Of a stretch of DNA of 64,000 bases, positions 1-11,320 are shown in pieces. Within the stretch, counting starts at the first letter, position 1. Each line of letters begins with the position of its first letter. Both the position numbers and the translations under genes were made by a program. The notes beneath the pieces are model-generated. The model saw only the letters and a list, made by a program, of their open reading frames with translations. It was not told where the DNA came from and made no database searches. Location: positions 4,960,001 through 5,024,000 of the forward strand of contig CP075496.1 in NCBI GenBank assembly GCA_021613535.1. Reading direction: 5' to 3'. This DNA is from Adineta vaga (Eukaryota; Animalia; Rotifera).

Positions 1-3
1 ACT

Positions 4-1920
4 ATGCAACATTCATCGGTCCAATTAAATGACTTACCTGATGAAATCCTTATAATTATTTTGAAAAAATTGGACTACGATTAAATACTCTATTCTATAA
101 GCGGTGTTAATAAACGGCTCACTACGTTGGTACAAGATACAATTTTTACACGTCATTTAACATTGATGAAATATTTCTCTGATAATTCTTTCCAATCGTT
201 ATCTGATACAATACTTGATCGGTTTTATTCAGAAGTTTTACCTTCGATTCATCATAAAATCCAATGGCTTGATGTTGAATTATCATCTATAGAACGTATT
301 GTTCTTTGTGGAAATTATCCTAATTTATGCAAACTGGGTCTATATAACCTTGAAATAAAAAGAGCGAAACATCTATTTACTGGTAAGACATTTTATCTTA
401 GTTGTCTTTGATTTCTGAACAAATAGTATGCATTGCATTCATCTCACAGTAAATTTGACAGAACTGAGTAAATCATTGAATATTGGATTGATAAAAAATT
501 AGTTTTACCTTTGAATATAGACTCTGAATAAGAATAGAGTCTTTATCAGAAAAAAGGTTGTTTGTAAACATTTCTATTGGAAATAAGGTTTTTCTCAAAT
601 GATGTATATAGACGATTAATTTCTTTGTAAAGGCTTTTGTATTTATATTTAGATGAAACTATTTTCAGCGACTCATTTAAAAATAAGATTATATCGCTTC
701 ATATTAGTACAGATGAAAAGCAAAGTGCAACGAACGATGATAATACAAACTTATAGATATCTTTACCGTGTTCAACAATCTACAGGAATTCAAATTCGAT
801 TCAAATTCAATTAATCCTATACACTCATCGTTTGATATTTCACCTCCAAATTTTATTTCTTCAACTCTGTTAGAATTACATGTTAATGTAACCCATTTCT
901 ACGACTGTATTTGTTTACTTGATGAACGTTTTTCTCAACTTCAGGCCCTTTATGTTAACACTATTTGGATTCGTCGTTCTTCACTTCGAACAATCAATAA
1001 TATGGTAGATTATTTGCATTAATATCTAATTTATTCAAATGATATTCTATTTTTTTTAGGAAAATTTACTGAATTTAAAATGCTTTTCTTTACGTTGTGA
1101 TACTATTACAGTTCATTACGATGAATTAATTCTTCCACTTTTACATAGAATGATAAATATAGAAAAACTTGATTTATATCTTCAAATTACTGACAGGAAA
1201 ATGTATATTGATGGAAATGATTTGAAAAGAAATATTATCAGTCATATGTCACAATTAAATCGATTTAAATTTAACATTCACTCAACTGTTTATGATCATA
1301 AAGAAATTAGTTTATTATCAAATGAAGATATTCGACATACATTCAATGATTTTCAAAATAGTAAAATTATTTCTTGTGTTGATTATTTTCCCGAAATGGA
1401 ACGAGGCCAATGCCATATTTATTCATATCCGTATGAATTAAAAGAATATCACCAAATAACAAATAATTTTCCAGGTGGATCATTTAAACATGTTCGTGAA
1501 ATATCATTATTTGATGTACGACCTTTTGAACATAAGTTTTTTCTTCAAATTTCTCAATCGTTTCCACTTATCAAAAAATTAACATTGGTTAATGAGAAAC
1601 CACAAAATGATAAACGAAATACAAAATTAGATGATAAAGATCAACATTCATCAACGAGTGAATATCCACATCTTGCTTATCTTAATCTTGAGGAAGCACA
1701 TGATGATTACATCGAACAATTTCTTGTTCATACAAAGACCTTTCTACCAAATAATGTTTATCTCTCTGTCGATTATCAAGTACTGAAAAGGGTGACACAA
1801 CATTTTAAAAGAAATACAACGCGAATAAATTGCGTTAAACTAGATTATTTATGTCTAATTGGAAAATGTCGAATTCCTAAATATGTAAGAGAATATTTTC
1901 CTCATACAAAAATGTTATGA
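4..1920 (+). pseudogene. F-box domain/LRR-like protein of the expanded bdelloid-type family, disrupted
   Basis: ATG at 4 reads MQHSSVQLNDLPDEILIIILKKLDYD (F-box signature), then an in-frame TAA at 82-84, and the frame continues as ILYSISGVNKRL. Introns at ~382-652 and ~1004-1059. Exon 2 hits a TAG near 754 and continues in another frame (ORF 768). The last exon has family-typical motifs (CHIYSYPY, ITNNFPGG, PFEHKFF, AHDDYIEQFL). Confidence 0.8.
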
Positions 1921-3024
1921 GTGTCATCAATGATTATTTAAATAAAATTTTCAAATGCTGTTTAATTAATAGAGAATAAAAAATATTGAAATGAAACGAG
2001 AAAATAAAGAGACAAGTGAACATCATTAAATTTAATGATGAGACAATTTATTTTTTTAGAATACTTGAAAATACTTCTTAACTTGTTGTTCAGCTTTTGG
2101 ACAAATAATGGTAGCATATCGTATTCAACATCATCACTAAAAAAAGCATTTATGAATGAATGAAAGGATAAGAAATTTAACTTACTCATTCGAATTGATG
2201 AAATTATTGTACTCGATAGCAAACCATTTAGGATCTTTATCGTTATCAGGTGATGTGCTTCTTTCTCTATTATTTCGTTCGTTTTGCTTGATGCTCAATG
2301 GTTGAATTCAACTCGTTAGTTCCTTTTGAATGAATCCTTTTTAGTAAAATATTCGTAGTTCAAACCTGATGAATTTTGATCAACTACTGCTGGACTATTT
2401 GGAACATCAATGAAAAAAACTATTAGGAAGTTTATCAATGTCCAACAGAATTAAAGTTGTACAGTAATTTGGACGAAATACTGGTAGAAAAGTGAATAAA
2501 AAAGAATTAAGTGCTAAACTCTTTCCATCTTCATCTAAAGGTAAAAAAATAAACTATAATAATTCTATTTTTGTCATCTTATGCTTTAATCTTTTTCTGT
2601 TTTATAATTCGTTATATTTAACACTCAGTGCTAGGGATAAATAATAAAAAGTAGACAGAATGTAATTTGATGAATTCATTTATATTGGACGCTTCTTTTT
2701 TATAGATGGTTTATTCTTGTATTTTTTTCCAATGTCAATGTCATAAATGTTTATTGACAATCTTCTCTTTGTTTATCATGCATACCACATCCTGCTTATT
2801 CCAGATTTGTTTTAGAAAATGCAAATCATATGGCATTGATTGATCATCTATTTTGATATACATTTGGTCTCCCTGATACACTCTCGCCTAAACTTTTCCA
2901 TCTTTGTGCTCGATATAGCCCATAACAACAGAAATCAACTGACAATGTTTCAAATAAACGGCACGTTCAAACTGATATTTTATCTCAAAATGATTTTTTA
3001 TTTATCATTACTATGGAAGCTTTA

Positions 3025-3072
3025 TGAGTGATTAGGGTGTGGGTGTCTCTTCTTCACTCACTCACACCCTCA
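3025..3072. repeat. Head-to-head telomere-like hexamer repeats
   Basis: G-rich TGAGTG-ATTAGGG-TGTGGG-TGT (3025-3046), an 8-nt spacer, then C-rich CACTCA-CTCACA-CCCTCA (3055-3072), which is TGAGGG-TGTGAG-TGAGTG on the minus strand. Confidence 0.55.
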
Positions 3073-3657
3073 TCGATGACCATTCAACGCAGGAAATTGT
3101 GCATCAATGCAATCTGCTTGAAGTATATGTTCTTCAAGTCCATCGAGAAGAAAATATATTGATGAAATGAATCCAGCATTAGTAACAAGTTGAACAAAAT
3201 GTGAATAATGGTTCTTCAGAAACTAGTCTTAAATTGTTTGACATTACTAACAGCTTAAATAACATTATTCGTAATTTTCTGAACACATGATGCAAATTCA
3301 GTAGCATTTAAATGAAAATATCCAAGACCGTGTGTTGGATTATCCATTGTATAATCAGCCGCACCAAACCATAATAGAGAAATATCTATATGCAACCGAT
3401 GTCCATCAATTGTACTCTCAGATTGATGCTACATCTTGCGCATACTGATGTAAATAACGATCCAAATGCGTAAGGAAACAAATATTGCATCTGTATCAGC
3501 AATTCCCTGAAGTTGAGTTAAAACTATCGAACGAATGTTCGGGCAATGATATTGTGTTCTGAAATAGTATCACATAGGCAGATGAATGGAAGACTGTACT
3601 AAATATCAGAATAACAGTAACAATATTACAAAGAAGGTAGTGTGATAACGATGACAT
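3070..3657 (-). pseudogene. Decayed intronless secreted protein of unknown family
   Basis: ATG 3657 gives a signal-peptide-like MSSLSHYLLCNIVTVILIFSTVFHSSA. Protein-like segments follow in shifting frames with stops (GIADTDAIFVSL; HIDISLLWFGAADYTMDNPTHGLGYFHLNATEFASCVQ; YSHFVQLVTNAGFISSIYFLLDGLEEHILQADCIDAQFPALNGHR). It ends at the telomere-like repeats. Confidence 0.55.
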
Positions 3658-4513
3658 TCTGTCACAATATATTTTGTCTTCAGATTCAATAAATATCCTA
3701 TATTTTCTATATATTATTTATAAAAGAGACAGTGCCATCTGCGTTTATAATAGCAAAAATCACATATATTTTGTCCTATTCAAGAAGATAAATGAGAAAT
3801 ACCTTATCGTTTTTCTATTAAATGATACAATTCAAAAGAAGTTTAGTTCTAACATAAGAGAATCTATTATGTATTCATGCTGACTAAGAACATATGAAAA
3901 ATATCAGATTTGTCTATGTTGCTTATCTGAAAAATCATGAAACCTTTTTAAACGATCTTTTTCTAGTTCTTAATAACATATATTTAGGTAACAATTTAAT
4001 GCGATTAACGCACTAAGACAGTGAATATTAGGAACTGAATCACAATATCATTTGTTTGATCAAGAATTTTACCGTTATTATGTATGATTAAATCGTTAGT
4101 TGATAACATACTGAGTTTCTTATAATTCTTCATAAGCATTCGTTGGTTTTTACCTAATTACAGTACAAAAAAAGTAATAAATATACTATATAAATATTAT
4201 TTGAATGTTCTTCCTTTTCTTTTATTATTACGGTAAATCATGATGATTATGTTTCTAGACGTCATCCAAGATCGTACATAATAGTTGGAGAAATGAAAAG
4301 AACAGTAGGGATACCAAAAATGTCTATGGATCAGATAAAAGAATATATTGACGTCAATATATATAATATCATGAAACGGAAAAAGTCATAAACGAAATAT
4401 TGAATTCTTTCTTTTTTCATACTGTGACTTAATTTAGATTTAGGAAGTGAACATGGTATAAATACTGAAGTAGAATACAAGAATAAATTTATTTGTGTCA
4501 AGAAAAGTATACA

Positions 4514-5069
4514 ATGCAAGTAAATTCTATATTACTGTCAATCGTCTATTTGTAAGTTATTTATTGATTATAATCCGTTTATCACGATGATTTTCTCTAT
4601 CTAGATCAGTGCTACTAATGCTAGTCACGTGTAAGTTTTTCGAAACTATGTCTATATGTATATTGAATGATTATCATTCTGTCTTGATTTTTAGGTGTTA
4701 CTACACAAGCACAATCAGCTCCAAGCTGTGGATGTTGTCCTTCAGAAAGATGTTCAGGTCAACCTGTTTATTGCTCATCGAATGTTGATTGTGATTGTTT
4801 AATGATGACCGTAACAGGTGGAGGTATGTGTGCTAATACAGTTTTACCTTGTTCGAATTTAACTCGCTGTGGAAATGATAATCAAACATGTTCGGTACCA
4901 AATACAGTCTGTGTTAATAATACACGATGTGGTGTACCGGTCTGCTATCCAATCGCTCAAGCAACACCAAAAGTTTGTCCACCAGTCGTTTCAAGATATA
5001 CTCCTACTACAAGTAAGTTCATTCGATTCTTCATCAGTTTAAAAAACGACAAATTTTTCTATTTTCAGC

Positions 5070-5106
<37 letters not shown>

Positions 5107-6049
5107 GTAACTACAAGGTCATCTAACATAAATGCTTGTTTAAATGGCGCTCTATGCTTAAACAATGTAAGTTATCAATTTGAACTTGAGATAAATTCTT
5201 TCTGAGTTAGTCAATGGTCGTAGTATCTTGAGTCCCTGCAAAACTATGCTTTAGATCGTATACACTACTAGAATTTTTATCTTGTATTATTAATAGGGAA
5301 CGTGTCAAACAACTGGTAGCAGTTTTTTCTGTATATGCCATGTATTATATTATGGTCCTCGTTGCGAATATTATGGCGCACCTGATTTGGGTATTGACGG
5401 AATCCTGAATGGAACAAGTAATAGCAGTGATCCTACAGTAGAAAATGTACTGAATCGAAACAATTGGACTAATATTGTTGCTGTTATTGATGTAACTGGT
5501 TCCATGAAACCCTGTGCTGCAGCTGTTTATAAATGGATGACCTTATCTTATGAACGAGTGAATAAAATTCAATATTATGTCTTCTTCAATGATGGAGATA
5601 ATAAACCTGATATGAATAAAACAATTGGTAGTACAGGTGGTATCTATGGTGTTGATACGACTAATTTGGCAACAGTTATAGGTGTAATGAAAACCGCCAT
5701 GTATAACGGAGATGGAGGTGATGGTCCTGAAAATGACATTGAAGCACTTCTGTATGGTATTAGACAATGTCCAAATTGTTCCAATACAATTCTTGTAGCT
5801 GACAATCAAGTAACACCAAGAGATATGATCTTATTAAGAAATGTTACACGACCAGTTAAAGTTATTGTTTGTCAATTAGCTGGAACTCCTTTAAATACAA
5901 ACTTGATCAATATTGCTTTGAATACAGGTGGTTCAATTCATACTCTTGAAGAAGATATAATTAATTTATCCGGTATTCCGATCAATGGAACTATTACGAT
6001 TGGAGCTCGACTATATAGAAGAACAAGTTCTGGTTATATCTTAGTTTAA
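4514..6049 (+). CDS. Secreted protein: signal peptide, Cys-rich domain, poly-Thr linker, EGF domain, bacterial-type vWA (MIDAS) domain
   Basis: Exons ~4514-4551, 4605-4631, 4696-5012, 5069-5167, 5297-6049 with phase-consistent GT-AG introns. Signal MQVNSILLSIVYLSVLLMLVTCVTTQA. EGF CLNNGTCQTTGSSFFCICHVLYYGPRCE. vWA motifs VIDVTGSM, FFNDGD, GGDGPENDIEAL, LVADN. TATAAATA at 4457. Confidence 0.85.
5069..5106 (+). repeat. (CAA/ACA)n coding microsatellite, encodes poly-Thr
   Basis: The splice phase places the tract in the ACA (Thr) frame, not the poly-Gln frame shown in the ORF track. Confidence 0.8.
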
Positions 6050-6571
6050 TACTTGAAAAGAACTATGAGTATTAAATATTTATATCATCATATGTACTTT
6101 ATTATTTTCAATGATATGAAATGGTTTTTATTGTCATTTTTAATATTTTTATTTTATCAAATAAAAAATTTGCAAATCCGAAGAATATTTTCTCTCTATC
6201 AATAACTTGACGACCATATGAAACATATTGTTGAATCTTCAGAATTGCTTTGTCCCATTTGTTCAAGTGCGACAGATGACGCTGCAGTCGACAGAGTTTA
6301 TCTTCTTTATTCAATTAATTTTCTATCAAGAATCCTAACATACAACTCATATATTTGCTCTTTTTCTTCGAAGATAGCATGAAAATAGCTAGAAAAGAAA
6401 GTTTTTACCTCTAACCTTCTTTCATTCTATTATTGATTGATTGTCGGCTGCTTTAGATGAGTCATACGTCGGCGCACGCTCAACTTATGCATGTGCATGA
6501 TATTCTTCTACCTACCTTTGATTCATGATTTCTTTCTCCTTATTTCTTAATTATATCTTACAGATGTGTTG

Positions 6572-7516
6572 ATGTCCTTACCAACACATTTGACTACTGA
6601 TACTTCACCATTACCTTTTTTCTGTTCATCGAATTCCTTTGTTTTCTATCTCGGTAAGTTGAAAATCGATAACTTTTTACTTTTTTTTTACTGCATACTT
6701 ACTTGCTTTCTTCAAGATGATCCCACCACCTTTTCTCAAGTATTAACACTCTACAACCCATACGATTTTGTTGTGCGTTACAAAGGTTACTGAAGATGTC
6801 TTTTTCTCTTTTATGTGTTATCTTATAACAAGAAAAAAACGTTATCTTCTAGTGCTATGCACAGCTCCACGAATATATTCGATTGCCGAACCACAAGGAG
6901 AAGTTCATCCACAACATTCAGTTGATACGTAAGGAATAATGAAGATTACTTTTTTATGTAAAATTTACTCTTCTTTACAGAATTATTCGTCTTCTTGATC
7001 CATCATCTTCATCATCAAATCAAAATGTTGTACATAAAATTCGTATACAATATTTCGATCGTCGAAAACCACAAGATCTCATTGGTAAACGAGATATTAC
7101 TTGTACTATTCTATCTTATAAGCCATCCGAAGAGAATTTCGATGACGACAATCATCATACATCCGATCGAATGAAAACATCAGTCGCAGCTACAAATCCT
7201 TCTCCACAAGATACACGTAAATAAATTAACCATGTCGATTTTCTATAATATTTCTATTCTTTTTTTCAAGGAGATCCATTAGTTATAACTATTTTAAGTA
7301 TTCTTGGTATCATCTGTGCTATCGTACTTATTTTACCAGACGATGAAGGTAAAATAGATACATATTTACCATCTTATTTACATATAACAGCAAATTCAAA
7401 AGTAATAGCTAGTTATATTCTTGGTAAGAATATTGTTTGACATTTTTATTGAGAAAAAATTCGTTATTGAATATTGTTTCCTAGGTCTTTTAACTGTCGT
7501 CTTTATTCGTCGATAA
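6572..7516 (+). CDS. MOSPD1: Motile sperm domain-containing protein 1
   Basis: Spliced product contains [25 protein letters not shown] and two C-terminal TM segments ending LPSYLHITANSKVIASYILGLLTVVFIRR*. Confidence 0.9.
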
Positions 7517-7664
7517 TTTTCTTGCTGAATTATTTTTTCATGCATTTATGTTTGTCTTCTTTAATATTGTCATTGGTGCTAATATACAAAGATGTTTTTT
7601 TGTCAATATAGAAGATCGAGTTTTGAATATTTCTAGATAATATATAGATATTCATATACAAAAA

Positions 7665-9905
7665 ATGCATTCTTCAAGATCGAAACCTGTCGATGGATCA
7701 TTTTCCCAAAGTGTAAGTGAATAGTTTAATTTTTTTGTTGATTTTAAATGAAGAATAAATCTTTTCTAGACTGGAATGATCTATATTTTCAATATTATTG
7801 TTGGTACGGGTGCATTGGCTCTTCCAAAAGCTTTTCATGAAGGTGGTTATGTATTAAGTACTTTATTATTATTAATCTTAGCTTTCTTCAGGTAAACATT
7901 CTTCATGAAATTTTCTCTTTAGAAACAAAATGTTTTGTTTTTCTACTGTAGTTATATATCAGCAACATATATGATTGAAGCTATGGCTATTGCAAATTTT
8001 ATGCGAAGAAAAACAGTCAATCGTGTATGTCGAGATTGGTTTTATTTGAATCTAATCGAATCGAGTTTGTAATTTAGCGTCTCGGCACAATTATTACTGC
8101 AAATAGTGATGACGAAGACGTTGTTGATCAATCAGATCGAGCAGCATTGTTACCATCTGCAATCAATAGTGAAGGTAGATATTTCATGATTGGTTATGAA
8201 TGATTGATGATATGACTTCATATAGATGTGTATATTTCAACGGGAACTGATGAACGACATGATTTTGATATTGTCGAAAAAATTGAAATGGTACGTAGTC
8301 AAAGATGTTCATATTTTTAATGATAAGAAGAATATGCATTGTCAACAAACGTCCCTGCTGATGTGTGAATGCCTGAAACGTAGAGCTAAGTCTGTAAATA
8401 GATCATTTATCGATCGAGTCATGATATACCAGTTGGAAGTTGAATTCTATGAGAGATATTCTTTAGAGAAGAGAAGAAGACTTTGATGATAATTAATGAG
8501 TATCATAAGATCAATTGAAAAATGTCTCAACTATCTTTTGATACTTTAGGGTGAAATGGCGAACATGTTTTTGAATAAATGTAAGTTTATTTTGACGGTT
8601 GAATTTCTATTTATCATTGGTGGATATTTTAGTGGGTTTGATAATCTTTTATTTCTGCATATCATTATATCTCTTCGGAGATTTGGCAATTTATGGTTCA
8701 GCTGTTCCTAAATCGATTCGAGATGCTATCTGGTTTGTTCTTATTAACGAAGGAATTTCCTTTAATCATAAGATCTATCTCTATTTCAGTACATATGAAC
8801 CAGTGAATTGTACAAATATGACAATCGATGATTTATGTTGGGAAAGCTCGACATTAACACGACACCATGTTTATCAAATCTTTGTGGTAGAAGAAGATAA
8901 AAGATTTTCTTCCTTTTTGAATTTCAATATTTTAGGCTGTCTTCTTTTGTACGTTGGGTTTATTTGTATTTGGTAATGCACAAAAAACAAAACTTCTTCA
9001 AATGATTACAACTTTATGTCGTTGGGCAGGTAAATCGAACAAGTTGATCATTGAAATAATACGTTTCTTATTCTTTAGCTTTCCTTTCCATGATTATTCT
9101 TTGTATTGTCCATCTTGCCAATAGACCCAGTACTGAACAACCAATTCGTCCAGCTGTATTTCATTTTCGTAGTCTTCCACCACTATTCGGCATTTGTGTC
9201 TACAGTTTTGTATGTATCCATATATTATTTCTCTGTTTCATTGGTTTTATATTTTAGATGTGTCACCATTCAATTCCAAGTATAATAGCACCAATACGTT
9301 CAAAAAATAAACTTAAATCTCTTTTCGCATATGATTATATATGTATCGCTTTATTCTATTTATTATTATCATTAACAGCTGTATTTACATTTGAATCATT
9401 TGAAGATCTTTATACATTAAATTTTCGCCCAAAAACACATTGTTCTCAATCAAAAGTTAATGTGCCTACAGTACTAGCATATTTCATTATGTTATTTCCT
9501 GTATTTACATTAAGTTCAAGTTTTCCAATTATTGGAATTACATTAAGAAATAATCTAGAAACAGTTTTAAAATCATGTATGAAAGTTGGACGTCGCCAAC
9601 GTATATTACTTGTTATCTTTGTTCTTCTACTACCTTGTGCAGTTAGTATAGTAACAGAAAATATTAATTTTCTTGTTGGTTTTACTGGTTCATATGCTGG
9701 TGTTGCTGTTCAATATGTTATACCTTCATTATTAGTTTATAATGCACGACGTCAAGCACAAATCAAACTGCGACGGCCGATTCATTTCGCTAATCAATCT
9801 GTTTTTCAAAATAAATTTTGGGTTTTTACTGTTCTAATATGGGCATGGTTAGCAATCATTGTTATTACAATATATAACATACTTCCCGCGAGAATTTTCA
9901 TGTAA
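7665..9905 (+). CDS. TMEM104: Transmembrane protein 104 (amino-acid transporter-like)
   Basis: YIFNIIVGTGALALPKAF, YLFGDLAIYGSAVPKS, FMCHHSIPS, LFPVFTLSSSFPIIGITLRNNL, GFTGSYAG motifs across many exons. Confidence 0.92.
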
Positions 9906-11164
9906 TTAATTGTTAGTATGAGATTCTATAATAATTATATTTTCGGTAATTCTTATGTAATTGACATTGAACTTGCATTTCTTTTTTTGGTGCTATATGT
10001 GTCTGACAATCGATCGAATCTAAATTATAGTAAATAGTCATGTAGGCTGATTTTTTTCTGTTATTTTTGTTATATTTTTCTTGTTGTTGTTGTCGTTGTT
10101 GATAATGATATCTTTTTTCTATGTTTCTTTCAACGAATAAAAAACAACGATATGGATAGAATTTTCAAATTAATTTCTTTATCGAACGATTAGTTTTTCG
10201 TCGAGAAATAACAATTCAAACTTTATCAGCTGTAAATATTGTATGGTTGACTTATTCTAATGATATATGACACTTAAGTAAAGTCCTTAAAATACTGAAT
10301 ATTCAACTGACTTTTGGCTTACTATAAACATGCATTTTCTGGAAGAAAGTCGAAAGTTTTCGCTATTTTTTGCTTTTTACCTTTAAATAACAAGAGTTAT
10401 ATCACAGAGGTCATCACGTATATCGATAAAACGTGACTTATCATTAGAAAAGAAAGACGCCATATGATGTTATTGTTATATAAAAATGATATCAGTATTT
10501 AGCAATGTTCGAGAATCGTAATAAAAAAATATTGACTGAATAATGAGTATATATCGAAAAATCTCCATCAATCTCGATGTAACAAACTATTCTATACTCT
10601 TCGAAGGATTCACTCAAACAACAACAACAACAAAAAGTGTCGCGGAATATGTGTTGTTTAGATTGATAACAAATATCAAAGATTTTCTGATAAAAGATTG
10701 CAGAGAGAGAGAGAGAAACATGTTTTTGTTTGGCAGAGCTAAAATTAAACTAACAATTTTAAGTCAGAATTCAAAGATTGAAAGAAGATTCATTTGAAGA
10801 GCGAAAATCACGAAATCTACGTACGAACTTAACTATATCAAATGATTATATAATTCTTAGTTATTCTGTTATTATTTTCCATTGATTTTTATTTGATCAT
10901 AAGATCATGACGATGCACTTTAGTCATTTATATAATATTCTATTGCTTTATTCGTTTGTAGTATACTTCTTCCCGTTGCATCGCATAGTTTTTTTTCTCT
11001 CTTTCTTTCCTTCTATATTTTTTTACCAACTGCGTAGAATCGACTCGTAATCATGGTTCTTTCTTTCTTTCGGGATCCATGCCTTTACTTCGTGATGAGG
11101 ATAACGTTGGGAGAAAAAAAAAAGAAATAACGCTTGTTTTTTTTCCCTTTTTCTCTTCCTTTTC

Positions 11165-11203
11165 TATATAAAATACGTAACTAGTCGTTATTTTTCTTCA
11201 GTC
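11165..11203 (+). promoter_or_regulatory. Ferritin core promoter (TATA + Inr)
   Basis: TATATAAAA at 11165-11173 and Inr-like TCAGTC at 11198-11203, about 30-35 nt apart and just upstream of the IRE. Confidence 0.55.
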
Positions 11204-11211
11204 AGTTGGTC

Positions 11212-11250
11212 GATTTGTTTTGCAGCAGCAGTGACTGTTCGTTACAAATC
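11212..11250 (+). promoter_or_regulatory. Iron-responsive element (IRE) in ferritin 5'UTR
   Basis: Lower stem GAUUUGU/ACAAAUC, UGC bulge, 5-bp upper stem AGCAG/CUGUU, loop CAGUGA (11229-11234): canonical ferritin IRE geometry, 70 nt upstream of the ATG. Confidence 0.92.
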
Positions 11251-11320
11251 GTGTGTTTTATCAAATCAAACTTATAACTCATCGAATTCATTTTAAATAT
11301 TCAATTAACAAATTCAAATC

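Noticed and set aside
82-84. Stop-codon reassignment or readthrough in the F-box gene
   Set aside because: Other genes end in TAA/TAG/TGA normally, and the gene also has a frameshift.
5030-5110. Poly-Gln tail in ORF 4802-5110
   Set aside because: Artefact of reading through an intron; the spliced frame encodes poly-Thr.
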